Part shown: in pieces, positions 1 through 11,016 of the stretch
How the letters are laid out: each line of letters opens with the position of its first letter
Position numbering within the stretch: position 1 is the stretch's first letter
Assembly: GCA_900617105.1 (NCBI GenBank)
Contig: UYFQ01000546.1
Location: 45,143-65,142 of the forward strand
DNA length: 20,000 bases
From: Hydrurus foetidus
Taxonomy: Eukaryota
Reading direction: 5' to 3'
Program-made: the position numbers and the translations under genes
Notes under the pieces: generated by a model
The model's input: the letters and a program-made list of their open reading frames with translations, nothing else
Databases searched by the model: none
What the model was told of the DNA's origin: nothing

Positions 1-270
1 TAACATCGCCCAACACAAGATTAACAACACAGCACAGCGCAACATAACACACAATATAACGCAGCATCTCACGCACATTATGTTTTTGTAACACCACATC
101 TAAGTTTCTCCTTCCTTCACATCAAGAATGAAGAGTAAAACGGTAAATTCCGGCATACTTCGATATTATTATATGCATGCGAAGTGTGTGAATTTACACC
201 CACCTCCCCCTCCTCCTTCTTCGCCTTCCTCCCCTCTCACTAACACAACATGCATGCACCTACTGTACAG

Positions 271-2879
271 GCATGCAGGGGAACGTGCGATCTTGGTTCA
301 ACAATGCCATACTTACGGTGGGAGTGCCATTTGAGCCCGGACAGACAGCAGCTTCGAGACCAGTCACTCTCTACGAAGACAAGGTGGGTGAGGAAGAGAA
401 AAGAAAGAGAAGAGGTGAAGGAGTGCTGCGTCTTACATGGACATGTGTATACGTGTATGTTCGTACTTATTCACATTCGTTCATACACAACACGCACGCA
501 AATGTGTGACTGTGCATTATTTAGAATGCATGCAAATAAATCTTTGTCTGCTGTATGTATGCTTGTACGTATTTGATAACTTTTTTCACGCGTGTGCATG
601 TGAGTGTTCACTGGTTTTAACGTATGTAAATGTATTTATATTATATTATTCGGATGCAGTGTATACTTCGTAAATCTCATGATAACTGCCATTATAATAT
701 CAGTTAATCACGGTGACATTTACCGGAGACTTCCGGTCAAGACATGGCCGTGTCACGCTATCATTCGAGAACATGAGCCGCACAGAAGATGATCTCAGAC
801 ACCTAGTAGTGGACATCCCACACATGGACCACTTATCAGTCAAATCACAGCCACCATCCAGCACCATATCAGGTAGGGGGTGGAGACTTCTTGTTTACAT
901 TAGTACACCCCTCTTTCTTCTTCTCTCTCCTCTTCTAATCTTTTTTCTTTTCTTTCAAATTCCTTCTTTTCTCTTCTCAACTCACTTCTTCTCTCTTCTC
1001 AACTCACTTCTTTTCCTCTCTTATCTTTCCTTATCTTCCCTTTCCCCATCCCTTTTTCACTCTTTTCTTCTTCTCTATTTTTATTATCTCTTCCCCTCTT
1101 CCCACTTATCTCATCTCCTCTTCCCTCTTATCTCATCTCCTCTTCCCTCTTATCTCATCTCCTCTTCCCACTTATCTCATCTCCTCTTCCCTCTTATCTC
1201 ATCTCCTCTTCCCTCTTATCTCATCTCCTCTTCCCTCTTATCTCATCTCCTCTTCCCTCTTATCTCATCTCCTCTTCCCTCTTATCTCATCTCCTCTTCC
1301 CTCTTATCTCATCTCCTCTTCCCTCTTATCTCATCTCCTCTTCCCTCTTATCTCATCTCCTCTTCCCACTTATCTCATCTCCTCTTCCCACTTATCTCAT
1401 CTCCTCTTCCCTCTTATCTCATCTCCTCTTCCCTCTTATCTCATCTCCTCTTCCCTCTTATCTCATCTCCTCTTCCCTCTTATCTCATCTCCTCTCTCTT
1501 CTCCTTCACTCTCTTGTATGTCAGGTGGTGAGGTGGTTCGCATGAACGTGTCTGTAGAGTGCTTGCAGCCGTTCAGCGAGTCACCCCCCTTCACCGTGTC
1601 TTTCACAACAGCCATCAGCGGCAGACATACATACGCCCTCACGGTACGGCACTACCTTCTCTCTTTCTATCTATCTATCTCTCTCTCCTTCATGACATGA
1701 CATGACGTAATTCATTCACCCTTTTTCTCATCATTTCCTTTCCATCACTTTTGTACTCATTTGACAGCATCCGTAATCCTCTCTCTTTTTCCCATGCCAT
1801 TTTTACTTTTATGCTCATTGCTTCTCATTCGTCTTTCAAAGTTGTTCCTAACGAACATGTACCTCTTCTCTTGCTGACTTTCATTACAGTTTAGTATACC
1901 TTTGTACCCTTCCATTTCCCGTCCTCTTACTCGCTCTCTTGCATCGCTACCTCCCCTCCCACATTCGCTCATCACCTCTTTCCTTTTCTCTTTTCTATTC
2001 CACCCTCTATTTCTAGCTCCCGATTACTGCTCTCTTCTTCTGCGAGGCATTGCCCATTGAGAAGGATGCGTACATGTCCCGGTGGAATTCTCTCGAGGGA
2101 AATAAATCGGAAATACAGGAGATATTCCAAGGTCAGAAATCACCTCTGAATATCACGGATATTCTCAAATATTTGGAATCACGATTATGCTATGTGATAT
2201 CATTTTTCTTTTCTATTCTATTCCCCACACCACCGAAACTAATCTAAACGTATGTAACTCTGGCTATTGCCAACACATACTCTTCTTCTTCTCCTTTTTT
2301 TCCATCTCCTCTATCTTATCGTTCTTATTCTCGTCTTAAATCTTCGTACATTTCTTCTGTCTGCTATCTTCCTCAGTCGGACAAAAGGTTGACGTCGCAT
2401 TTGTGCAGAATTTAAAATCCAAGATATTCCCCGCACTGCACATCGGATTGGCCGTAGGGTTAGACTCCGACATTACGGCCACGGGAAGTTGCTTACTGCA
2501 AACCGATCCAACAGTCGGGGTGAGTCCCTTTATTCTTCAACAAGTCATCATCACTCCCTGTTCTTCCCCGACACCATATCATGCTTCATCGCACCATACT
2601 ATTCCACGCGATATCACACCACATCTGATCAAACTACACGACAGCATATCATACCACATCACACTACTCAACACCACAATCATCCCAGAACAACTGAGAT
2701 CACTAATAGACAGTGACATTAATCCCCGACTAAATTCCACGCTGCACCCACGATACCAGGCCATGCTTCGTCTCGAAGCTGACGTGGCGCAGAACAGATT
2801 CAGAATAACCGTACGTGCAAAACACCCCCTTCTCTCCCTCGCTATCAAGAACACTGTCAAGGAACAGTTGGGATGCTGA
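271..2879 (+). CDS. AP2A: AP-2 complex alpha-adaptin, C-terminal appendage (ear) region; 5'-partial, six exons: 271-383, 704-872, 1525-1643, 2017-2131, 2377-2519, 2760-2879
   Basis: All five introns are GT..AG with matching phases (0,1,0,1,0). Spliced peptide ..RPVTLYEDK|LITVTFTGDFRSRHGRVTLSFEN..|GEVVRMNVSVECLQPFSESPPFTVSF..|LPITALFFCEALPIEKDAYMSRWNSLEG..EIQEIFQ|..LAVGLDSDITATGS..|AMLRLEADVAQNRFRITVRAKHPLLSLAIKNTVKEQLGC* matches the alpha-adaptin ear pattern (LYE, VEC..PF..PP, LP...F..P......F..RW..L, LRLE......R.T.R). Confidence 0.88.
1095..1490. repeat. Intronic minisatellite, 18 x 22 bp (CCTCTTCCCTCTTATCTCATCT; some units CCCACTT variant)
   Basis: Direct tandem repeat, 396 bp = 18 x 22, inside AP2A intron 873-1524. 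Confidence 0.95.
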
Positions 2880-4278
2880 TGGAAATAGCAGCTAACTTAA
2901 ATAATTGTTTCAGATTTAGTTCCCTCCTATCTGTCTCTCTACCTAATCTAATATGTAAAAAATCAATAAATGTGGTGATATTGATGTTGTGTAAATGACG
3001 TATTGAGGTGCTAATGACTGTGTGATGAAGCACTGAGTAGGGTCGGAGAAGTTGAAGTCATAGGACCTCTTTTATCTCTCACACTTCTGAGTATTGATGT
3101 GGGGAAGCGGTGCTGTACTGTAGGTGTAACTGTAGGTGTGGTAGGCTAATGGGTGTGATGGATGTGTTAGTTTGAGAATGTGCAACTGATGATTGAGTCG
3201 CTATAATCCTTCACTCTCTTCTATCCCCTCCCCCACTTCCCTCCTTTTCCCTCTCTTTACTACCGTCATGAATTGCCTCTCCACATTTCCAGCTCTTCAC
3301 ACACTACACCTATCCACTATTCCACCCCTCCTAATCAACTCCTCTACTTCACTCCACCACAGTCACTTCACTGTCTTCACCTCTCTACACTCCACCACCT
3401 TCACTTCACTGTCTTCACCTCTCGACACTCCTCTACTTCACTCCACCAAATTTGCTTCTCATAGAAAAGACCCTCCATTTTTTTCTTACACTGTCACATA
3501 AACATCCCGCGGCGAAATTACATTTCAATCCTCCTACTCTATTCTATCCTTTGTCTTCTTTCTCTCCCTCATTTTTACCATTTCAATTGTCCGCAGTTTT
3601 TACTTCATTTTTTTCCTTGAACGAATCCACCTTCCCCAGTATGATGTGACTGTTCAAATCCCTCACAAGAAATGCTCTATTTTTGATCCTATTTTCATCT
3701 AAAAATCAAAGCTTACCAACACCGATCTTTTTCTTATATTCGTGTCTGGGAGCTACTGTTTTCTGGTACATTTTCGGAATTGCAATGAGATGAAAATTTT
3801 GGAGTTGTTTTTCAGCAGTGAACTATGTAAATATCCTTTTTTTTGCTCTCTCTTCTCCATGAGATGAAACAGTTATTATTGTGCGACTTTCAAACGCAAA
3901 GATAAACCTGAACGCCCCCATCGAAATTGATTGATTTCACAATAGCTGTAGAGTCTGATTAATTAAAATCCACCTGACGCTTACCAATAGCAGTGCCATG
4001 GATAAGGGGTACCTGCTCTAACGCATGTACGAGATGTAAAGAGCGGACGAAGCAACACCTAATAATTGTGACAGAGAAATGCAAACATTCAACACGGTTA
4101 TTACAGAACACGGAAACTATTTAAAAAAACAGAAAACACGGAAAACGTCGAGTGGTGAATGTATCATATTAAATAACTCAATTAAAAATTAAAATTGATT
4201 GTTATCCAGCTAAAGGCTACAGGTTCGCAAATAAGTCTAATAGTAGTCTAGTTTGGATTTGTTTTTGTTTTTTTGTTT

Positions 4279-7200
4279 TTAACGGCTACTGTGAAAAAGA
4301 AAATTCGTGATTTTATTCACATTTTTTAACGACGACTTGCCATCATGGCTTTTTCTATTATTAATGTGATCATTCTTGTTGCCACTATTACTGTTCACAT
4401 GAAAACTGTTCTTACGAACACTTGTACTTCTGTGCCTACAATTTCCGTTTATCTCATCACCACCATTCGCAAATTTTCTTAATTCTATCAACTGCGAATC
4501 CGTGGTCAATTTTTCAAAAGTTGAAGTGTGACTAGACTTGAACTCAGCAGTGTAACCGTCATACGGTATGCCCGTTATAACTCCATCGCATGATTTCCTT
4601 TTCTTACCCGTAGTACTGTCTAGCACGCACACACATTGTTGAGGTGCACAAGTGCAGTGGGAGAAGAGGAGAATGGCATTCTTTCTGTCACCATCTTCTT
4701 TACCACCCTCACATGTATTAGAATTACGATTTCTATCTACAGAAACACTCCCACTACTTCTCTCACAAACCACCGTTTCATTTTTGATCTTAATTTCATT
4801 ATCTGATATACAATTTGTTTTTATTTGATTATTCTTTGCATAGTTTTCATCATGACCGTTTCCGTTCTCATCGTGAATACAATCATTATCCCTATCACAA
4901 TAATTATCACTATCATATCTATCGTCACATACATCACATACAACACCTCCACTACCACTTCTCATTTTCGCCTCATGACTGACACTTACACACTTTATCC
5001 TATTCATAGGAATGCTAGATCCAACCAGCAGACATCGGTCTACGTGAAGATTCAATGTGAGTAAAGTGCCTGAAATTTTCCTATTGCATATAGGGCAGCT
5101 GTAGATAGATGTGTTGGTAAGAGCCACACGAGAAGATGAGGAAGAGGAAGAGGAAGAAAGGGAAGAAGAAGATAGAGAAGTGGAGGAGGAGGAGGTAGAG
5201 GAAGAAAGGGAAGAAGTAGATAGAAAGGAAGAGGGACGGGAGGAGGAAGAAGAGGAGGACGAGGGATGGGGAAAAGAAGATGGTGGATGGGAGAAAGCAC
5301 AAGAGGAGTGTGATAGAGAGGAGGGATGGGTAGTGGTGGGAGATTTCAGCAGACCATTCAATGGATGTCTGTGCGGAGGTGGCGGTGAGAAGGATGAGGA
5401 GGAAGAGTAAGAAGATGATGAAGAAGATGACTGATTGAGAGATGGAGATTTAGATGAGTTATTGCTACTGACAATCTCCACATCAACATCGCTCCCTCCT
5501 CCACCATCATCATACTTGTCAATACTGCCATCCAACGCATTTGAATCTAACTCTTTCACCTGACACTCTTTGTTGGTCAGTCTCGTGTGCGGGTTGTTAT
5601 TGTTGTCATTGTTACATTTGCCATCACTATCATCGTTCCTAATATAGTCACCATGACTACCTTTGCTGTCATCTATGGACTTGCATGAACCTTCTTGATG
5701 ACGATTAAGAACTGTATTCGACATGTTAGAGACGAGATAATAATCATCATCATCATCGTCATCATCGATGCAATTACTGTTATCATTATAGTTACCATCA
5801 TTTCCATCTTCGTTTTCATAAACATCACCATTCTCAGTTGTGTGATGCATCTCACTATACTCAACACTCTCCATGTTATATTCATCTAAACCGCCTTGAA
5901 TAACATCTCTTTCTATTTCCGTCCCATCACTTGCCTTATTAGCCACACTATTCGTGAACGATTTTACTTTTGTTGTACTATTCATAATATGACTATCTTC
6001 ATTATCATTACTATCATCGTTATTATCGATACAATTCTCATCATCTGATTTTGCGTTTTTCTTCGATACAGCTAAAATAGGCTTATTATTGGATTTAAAG
6101 AAATTCGAAATTGACGAAGATGTGGTGGCTGAAGTTTCTTTCAGTTTTAATTTGGAAATAGTCACACCAATTAAACGGATTTTAATCGGTACAACGGTTT
6201 CTAAAAGTTGACAGGCTAATTTTGAAATTATTTCCCCGTCTTGAAAATAATTAATATTCGTTATTGATCTGGTCAACAATTCGAATTTCACGGTTTTGAC
6301 TTTTAAAGTTACGGTTTTACCAGTTATATTTTTCGCCTTTAATTCCTCTCCCACTTTTTGACATAATTCAATAAGTTTCGATTTTTGTTCAGAATATGAC
6401 TCGCAACAAAGAGAGAACGTTCTTTCAGATCCTAAAGATTTTCTGCTGAATTCTTCTTCTTTTATACTATTATTTGGTAGTCCATTCTCATCTTCATTTT
6501 CACCACAATTATTGTGTTTAATAATATATTTTGGTTTTCCTTCGCCAACTGAAATTCCAAGCGTGGAAAATAATAAAAATTCGGCCGTAGCTTGTGTGAA
6601 GCAGAACATGATTAATGCCATACTATTCCTCACAGAGTCCATTGTATTTAATTCAAAGGAACTCAGAACTTTTTCTAGAACTTTCCCCACCCCGCCCACT
6701 TTTCGAGGAGATAAGGCACCGACAAAATCCAACACAGCTGTAAGTTGGAAAATGCGAGGAACAGAGAAATAAGAAATAAAATTGTGATGAAATTGTCAGA
6801 TAGAAATGAGATGAAGAACGTGCTATTGATAAAAAAAAATGTCGCAAGAATAGTGAAAGGGCTTTGTATCGAAAAATAAAGTAGTGCAGTAGCGCTAGAC
6901 TATGCTATGCTATGCTACATTTATACACTGTAGAGTGGAGTATGATACTGTTAAGTTCTGCAGTCCACAGTGTAATGCAAAACAGCAGTATAATACACTT
7001 CAGTACAGTAGAACACTGTACAACACAATGCAGTACAATTAACTGCATTTCATTGCGTTGCAGAACAGCACAATCAATGCAATGTCGCATATATACACTA
7101 CAGCAGACTTATTTATACGATAGATTATCAACCACTATAGCAATCACCACACCACACCACACCACACCACACCACACCACACACATACTGTACTACCAAT

Positions 7201-8842
7201 GGAACAACGTCACATAAACCAGACAATCCAATGCTTCCACTCATACACAAATGTTCCTTACCTTTTCTAGTCGGTTGCAATTCAAATTGTCCATCAGGTT
7301 TATTCACATCCGCACATATTTTCGCTAATAAAAAATTGTTCGCGATTCCTGCGGAGCAAGTGAGACCCCCGGTTACCCCCTGAATCCTGTACCTAATTTC
7401 CTGAAGTACCACACAAGCTGCTTGGCGCAGTTTCTGCTTGGCGCAGAAAGTGTTACAAGAAGTGTAACACTTTCTGCTGATGCTGGTTGAGGAAGTGTAA
7501 CACTTTCTGATGATTTTGAGATGTCTTGGTCAGTGGTCTTGCTCTGAGTAGATAGTATAAGTTGCGTTTGATTAGAAAGCTAAATAATTGATACTTCAGC
7601 ATGATACAAGTAAAGTAAGTAGAATACATCAATCAAAGGAAATCAAATCGTAAAATAAAATAAAGTTACACACCCCAGAACTTGGACTTTTCACCCCAGA
7701 AATTCTATCTCTGGTTATTCTTCCAAGCGCTGCATCTGTGAGATCCATATACACTTCATCCAAGCTGTGAGAACTGAAATTGGGATCATATTCTTTTATA
7801 ATGGTCTTTATTTGATCCGAAACTAAGACGTATTTCTCATAGTGACATTTTACGAATACCAAATTAGGACAGAGCTTTTTACCGATAAAGCCTGGCATTG
7901 CAGAACGCACACCGTACTTACGGGCAACATAGTTGGTTGTTGAAATCATGCCTATGCCTGCAATGAATATATTTTGGAGAAATGAGAAAAAAAGCGAGTG
8001 AAATACTTGATAAATGAGAGCAGAAAAGAAGGTAAGAGAGTAGTGGTAGGCACTGATAATTGTCGAAAGAAGTGTATTGGAACCTCTCTTTATTCAAGAA
8101 AAATGAAGCAAAATGAACGCAATTTCATGCTAGTGATTTACTCTCTGTCTGATCCGCTGCGATTGAAAATAGTTAGCATACATTTTCTCAAATCCTACAA
8201 AAGTACCATCATCTCAAAGAAATTAGAAGCGATGTCGCGGAGTAATGCTTTTTGTCGAGTATTGAGAAATATTCGCGAGACTGTCGTGTGATTGAAGCAC
8301 GAAGTATAGTAATTTATCACCTCCCACAGCAACTGGCAGTTCCTTCAGATGAGGCTGATCTCTTATCTCCACAGCAGCAAAGAACATGTCCATGTCAAGA
8401 ACACAGCAGATGCGGTCAAAAGACCTAGTCTTCTCGATCTCAGTGACTCTCTCAGCAGTTGATTTGATGAATAATTGTTTCTGCGTTGCTGTTAACGTTA
8501 GGAGTTTCTTTTTCATGAGAATAACTTTCTGATTCACTTTCTCATCCTGCTCTAATTGTCTCTTGAAGAATAAGCTGCCTTTCGACATCTCATAGATGAC
8601 TTGCGCCTGCCGGCTTTTGTCAACAGACTCCATACCAGCTTTGTTGGCGCCTGCGAAGTCAGATGCCAGGAAGTTAGTTTTGCTACTATCAATAACATGA
8701 TGTCATACTTATTAACGAAGTTACCTGAGAAATGAAATAGGTGGGCATTCTTGTTACCCTCAGTACAATCGGCTGGAATCCCGTTAGAATCTCTCCCAGC
8801 GGCCTTCTTCTGCCCAACATTTTCCAAATGCGTGTTCGACAT
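4279..8842 (-). CDS. POLK: DNA polymerase kappa (Y-family, DinB-like); exons 8842-8725, 8650-8321, 7957-7674, 7543-7262 (frame anomaly at 7437-7456), 6737-4279; about 1150 aa
   Basis: N-clasp-like NKAGMESVDK..IYEMSKGSLFF; palm motifs VLDMDMFFAAVE, LPVAVGG, STTNYVARKYGVRSAMPGFIGKKLCP, SLDEVYMDLT; GLTCSAGIANNFLLAKICADVNKPDGQF; RKVGGVGKV; RKSLGSERTF; TVTLKVKTVKFELLTRS; IRLIGVTISKL; UBZ finger; GT..AG introns with consistent phases. Confidence 0.95.
5032..5097 (-). other. UBZ4-type ubiquitin-binding zinc finger within POLK
   Basis: CPICNRKISGTLLTLNLHVDRC fits the C2HC UBZ of Pol kappa/Rad18. Confidence 0.85.
7145..7181. repeat. (CACCA)7 microsatellite in POLK intron
   Basis: Direct reading of the sequence. 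Confidence 0.9.
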
Positions 8843-9035
8843 TTATAATCTCCTGCGATCTGGTTCATACATAAATAATCCAACAGATACGGACTGCGGG
8901 ATAACGAAGACAACGGATGCTCGAGAACCTTTGGCTTCGCGAATGCTGTAAATCTCGCTGAAGATGACCGATGACCTCCATTTTTCATCTTCTGTCTTTT
9001 GTCTCTCGGTAACGTTTTGCTACGATTTATTCCTA

Positions 9036-10503
9036 CCGTATAGCAAGGGGGTATAGGCGGTATAGGTACCGTCGAGTGCCATATGTTTTGTTTTTCGGTA
9101 TGGTATTACGGCCAAAATCCGACACATCAACTCATCATGGTAGTTACAACGACTGTAATCTCTTTGCAGCATATCTCGAAGACGGATCAACTTATGGGCA
9201 TTCTGCAGCTTGATTCCAGTCTCGCAGAGTAGACATTACTCAGCTGCAATCGAATTCCCCACAGAAATTTTTGTAGAATAGCCTTCTTCGCTAAATTGCT
9301 GAGACCATTTTTTCTGCTCTCTTCATTTGAGTTGCAATTTTCCAGCAAGCTGGTCGTGATAAGTGAGATCTGCAGGTGATTTCAGTTGGTTCCTTCTATT
9401 TATTTATCGATTTTGACGTGCACTTTAAGTTTCTGACTACTCTTTCTCATTTCCGACTGCAAATACTGTGACAGGCAAAATGACGACACCTACGAGAGAA
9501 TACAAGCTAGTGATCGATTACTGTGCTTGTATGGTCGCCATAGCACTATCTCGTCATAGCGTTGACAAAAGCAATATAAGTATTCAATATTCTGCTGAGG
9601 AATTGAGCTCACAGCTCAATCTCCTCCCCTATTCTGAAGGTCCAAACTTCAATGTGAACCCCTTGGCTCTGAAGCATGGATTCCAACTGTTTAGTGTATA
9701 CTTAAGAAATCAAGGAATTGTGTTGATTCCAATGTACCAAAAAGAGAAATATCTCGTTCCTTTTTTTGAGCTAGAAAGCTGTCAAAGAAGCACCGAGATT
9801 AAATTTTCAACCTATTCTAGTCCCTATCTTGTTGATACAGAGGCTGCTGTCTTACACTCAGTGATATCTATTAGAGATGTTATACTTCGAAAATCCCGCT
9901 ATCCTTTATCATCTCATCCATCTCCTAGCTCTGTATTTGGTGCTCTTCATTTCTCTGCAATCATTGAAATGAACAAGCCTAAAGTAATCAGTGTTCCGAA
10001 AACAATTCCAAGAAAGTCTCCCTCAAAATTGAGTGAAAGAGCTATCAGTAATAGTGCGAACAAAATTGTGGTCAATGCTGTGAGCCGCTTCGGTCTCGAT
10101 CATTCTTTATTTTACTTAGAATCTGCAGTCAAAAAAGCTAAAAAAAGGAAATCGCAGCAAATCACTGGAGCAGATAATGAGAATGAATCTGATGACGACA
10201 GTAGTGAGTCCGAGGGAGACGATGGCGCAGAAGATAATGCATTAAATAATATTGGAGCAGGAGAGCTAATTTATGACCCAAGAATTCTAATTGCTCTATC
10301 CAATATTCCAGCTAAACACGTTATATTTGCTGACAGTGATAAAACGAATGTCACTGCTCTATACACGGTTGTCAAAGTTGTGGCTGCTGAGAGAGACTAC
10401 AAGAATCTCAAGTATGCTGCAGCTTCAGCAACAAAAGAGATACTGAAAAATAATAGCTATTATGCTAACATAACTACCAGAACGATCGTTAGGTGGGCAG
10501 CGT
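9036..10503 (+). mobile_element. Probable Tc2/pogo-like (Tc1/mariner superfamily) DNA transposon, left part, interrupted by an LTR element
   Basis: TA followed by CCGTATAGCAAGGGGG at 9034-9051 resembles TA-flanked CCGTA termini of Tc2/pogo elements; repeated GGTATAGG motifs follow; the internal ORF ends in an HTH-like segment at the LTR junction. Right TIR and DDE domain are not in the window. Confidence 0.5.
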
Positions 10504-10508
10504 TGTAG
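9468..10508 (+). pseudogene. Truncated ORF, probable transposase N-terminal region (basic NLS-like and acidic tracts, HTH-like end)
   Basis: 346-aa ORF with KKAKKRK, an acidic tract and terminal YYANITTRTIVRW, resembling a transposase HTH recognition helix. Its stop codon (10506-10508) is supplied by the first bases of the inserted LTR (TGTAG). Confidence 0.5.
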
Positions 10509-10719
10509 TCCAAATGAAGCAAGAGGTGTCAGAAAGGTAGTTTAGCTTACAACGGGAAAGAGAGGGGATGGGCTTGCAGAGGTGTAAAACTCTGCATGCA
10601 AAGCGTTGCAAGGTAACTAACAGTCTGCGAGAGGTCGGAAGGACTCTCAGCCACAGGTACGGACGGCTATACGGTACTACGGAGGGTAGGAATGTGGTAC
10701 TAAATCCTGTACCATCACA
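10504..10719 (-). repeat. 3' LTR of Gypsy 1 (216 bp, TGTGATGG...GGACTACA on minus strand)
   Basis: TG..CA termini; directly follows a polypurine tract; outer end coincides with truncation of the 9468 ORF. Partner LTR not in window. Confidence 0.8.
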
Positions 10720-10741
10720 TTACCCCCACTTACTCCTTCCC
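10720..10741 (-). promoter_or_regulatory. Polypurine tract (plus-strand primer) of Gypsy 1
   Basis: Minus strand reads GGGAAGGAGTAAGTGGGGGTAA directly before the LTR TG. Confidence 0.78.
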
Positions 10742-11016
10742 GAAAAGACCTTTGTCTCGCTTCTCTCTTTTAACTACTTACTTGTAACTAATGATAAAAA
10801 AATTTGTGAACTAACATTAAAGCAGAAAAATACATCAAGTTGTGAAAAATGATGCAAATAACTAGACTAAAAGAGAGTTTGGGACCAGGTCCTGACCGGG
10901 AGTGTCCGTGCGTCCGACTGCAGCGATCTTGACCCGGTGTGAGTATGTCAGGTTTCACTGACTAAAACCGTAAAACCCACGTAGGGTGAAAAAATGGCTA
11001 AATTTTGAGAAAAATC

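Noticed and set aside
1095..1490. CRISPR-like array
   Set aside because: Head-to-tail repeats with no unique spacers; eukaryotic intron.
713..1531. 272-aa hydrophobic L/S-rich ORF resembling a membrane protein
   Set aside because: AP2A exon read-through into a pyrimidine-rich intron and minisatellite that cannot encode stops.
3193..3649. Short ORFs between AP2A and POLK
   Set aside because: Low-complexity C/T-rich intergenic sequence with no recognisable motifs or consistent exon chain.
5052..5410. Glu-rich and other overlapping ORFs
   Set aside because: Antisense or alternate-frame shadows of the POLK poly-Ser tract.
8689..8988. Alternative longer POLK first exon
   Set aside because: Frame incompatible with the phase-1 donor at 8724; ATG 8842 gives the correct join to GANKAGM.
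10568..10852. 94-aa ORF
   Set aside because: Spans LTR, PPT and UTR in antisense; no protein features.
10860..11010. Hammerhead ribozyme in Gypsy 1 UTR
   Set aside because: No CUGANGA core correctly placed with GAAA on either strand.
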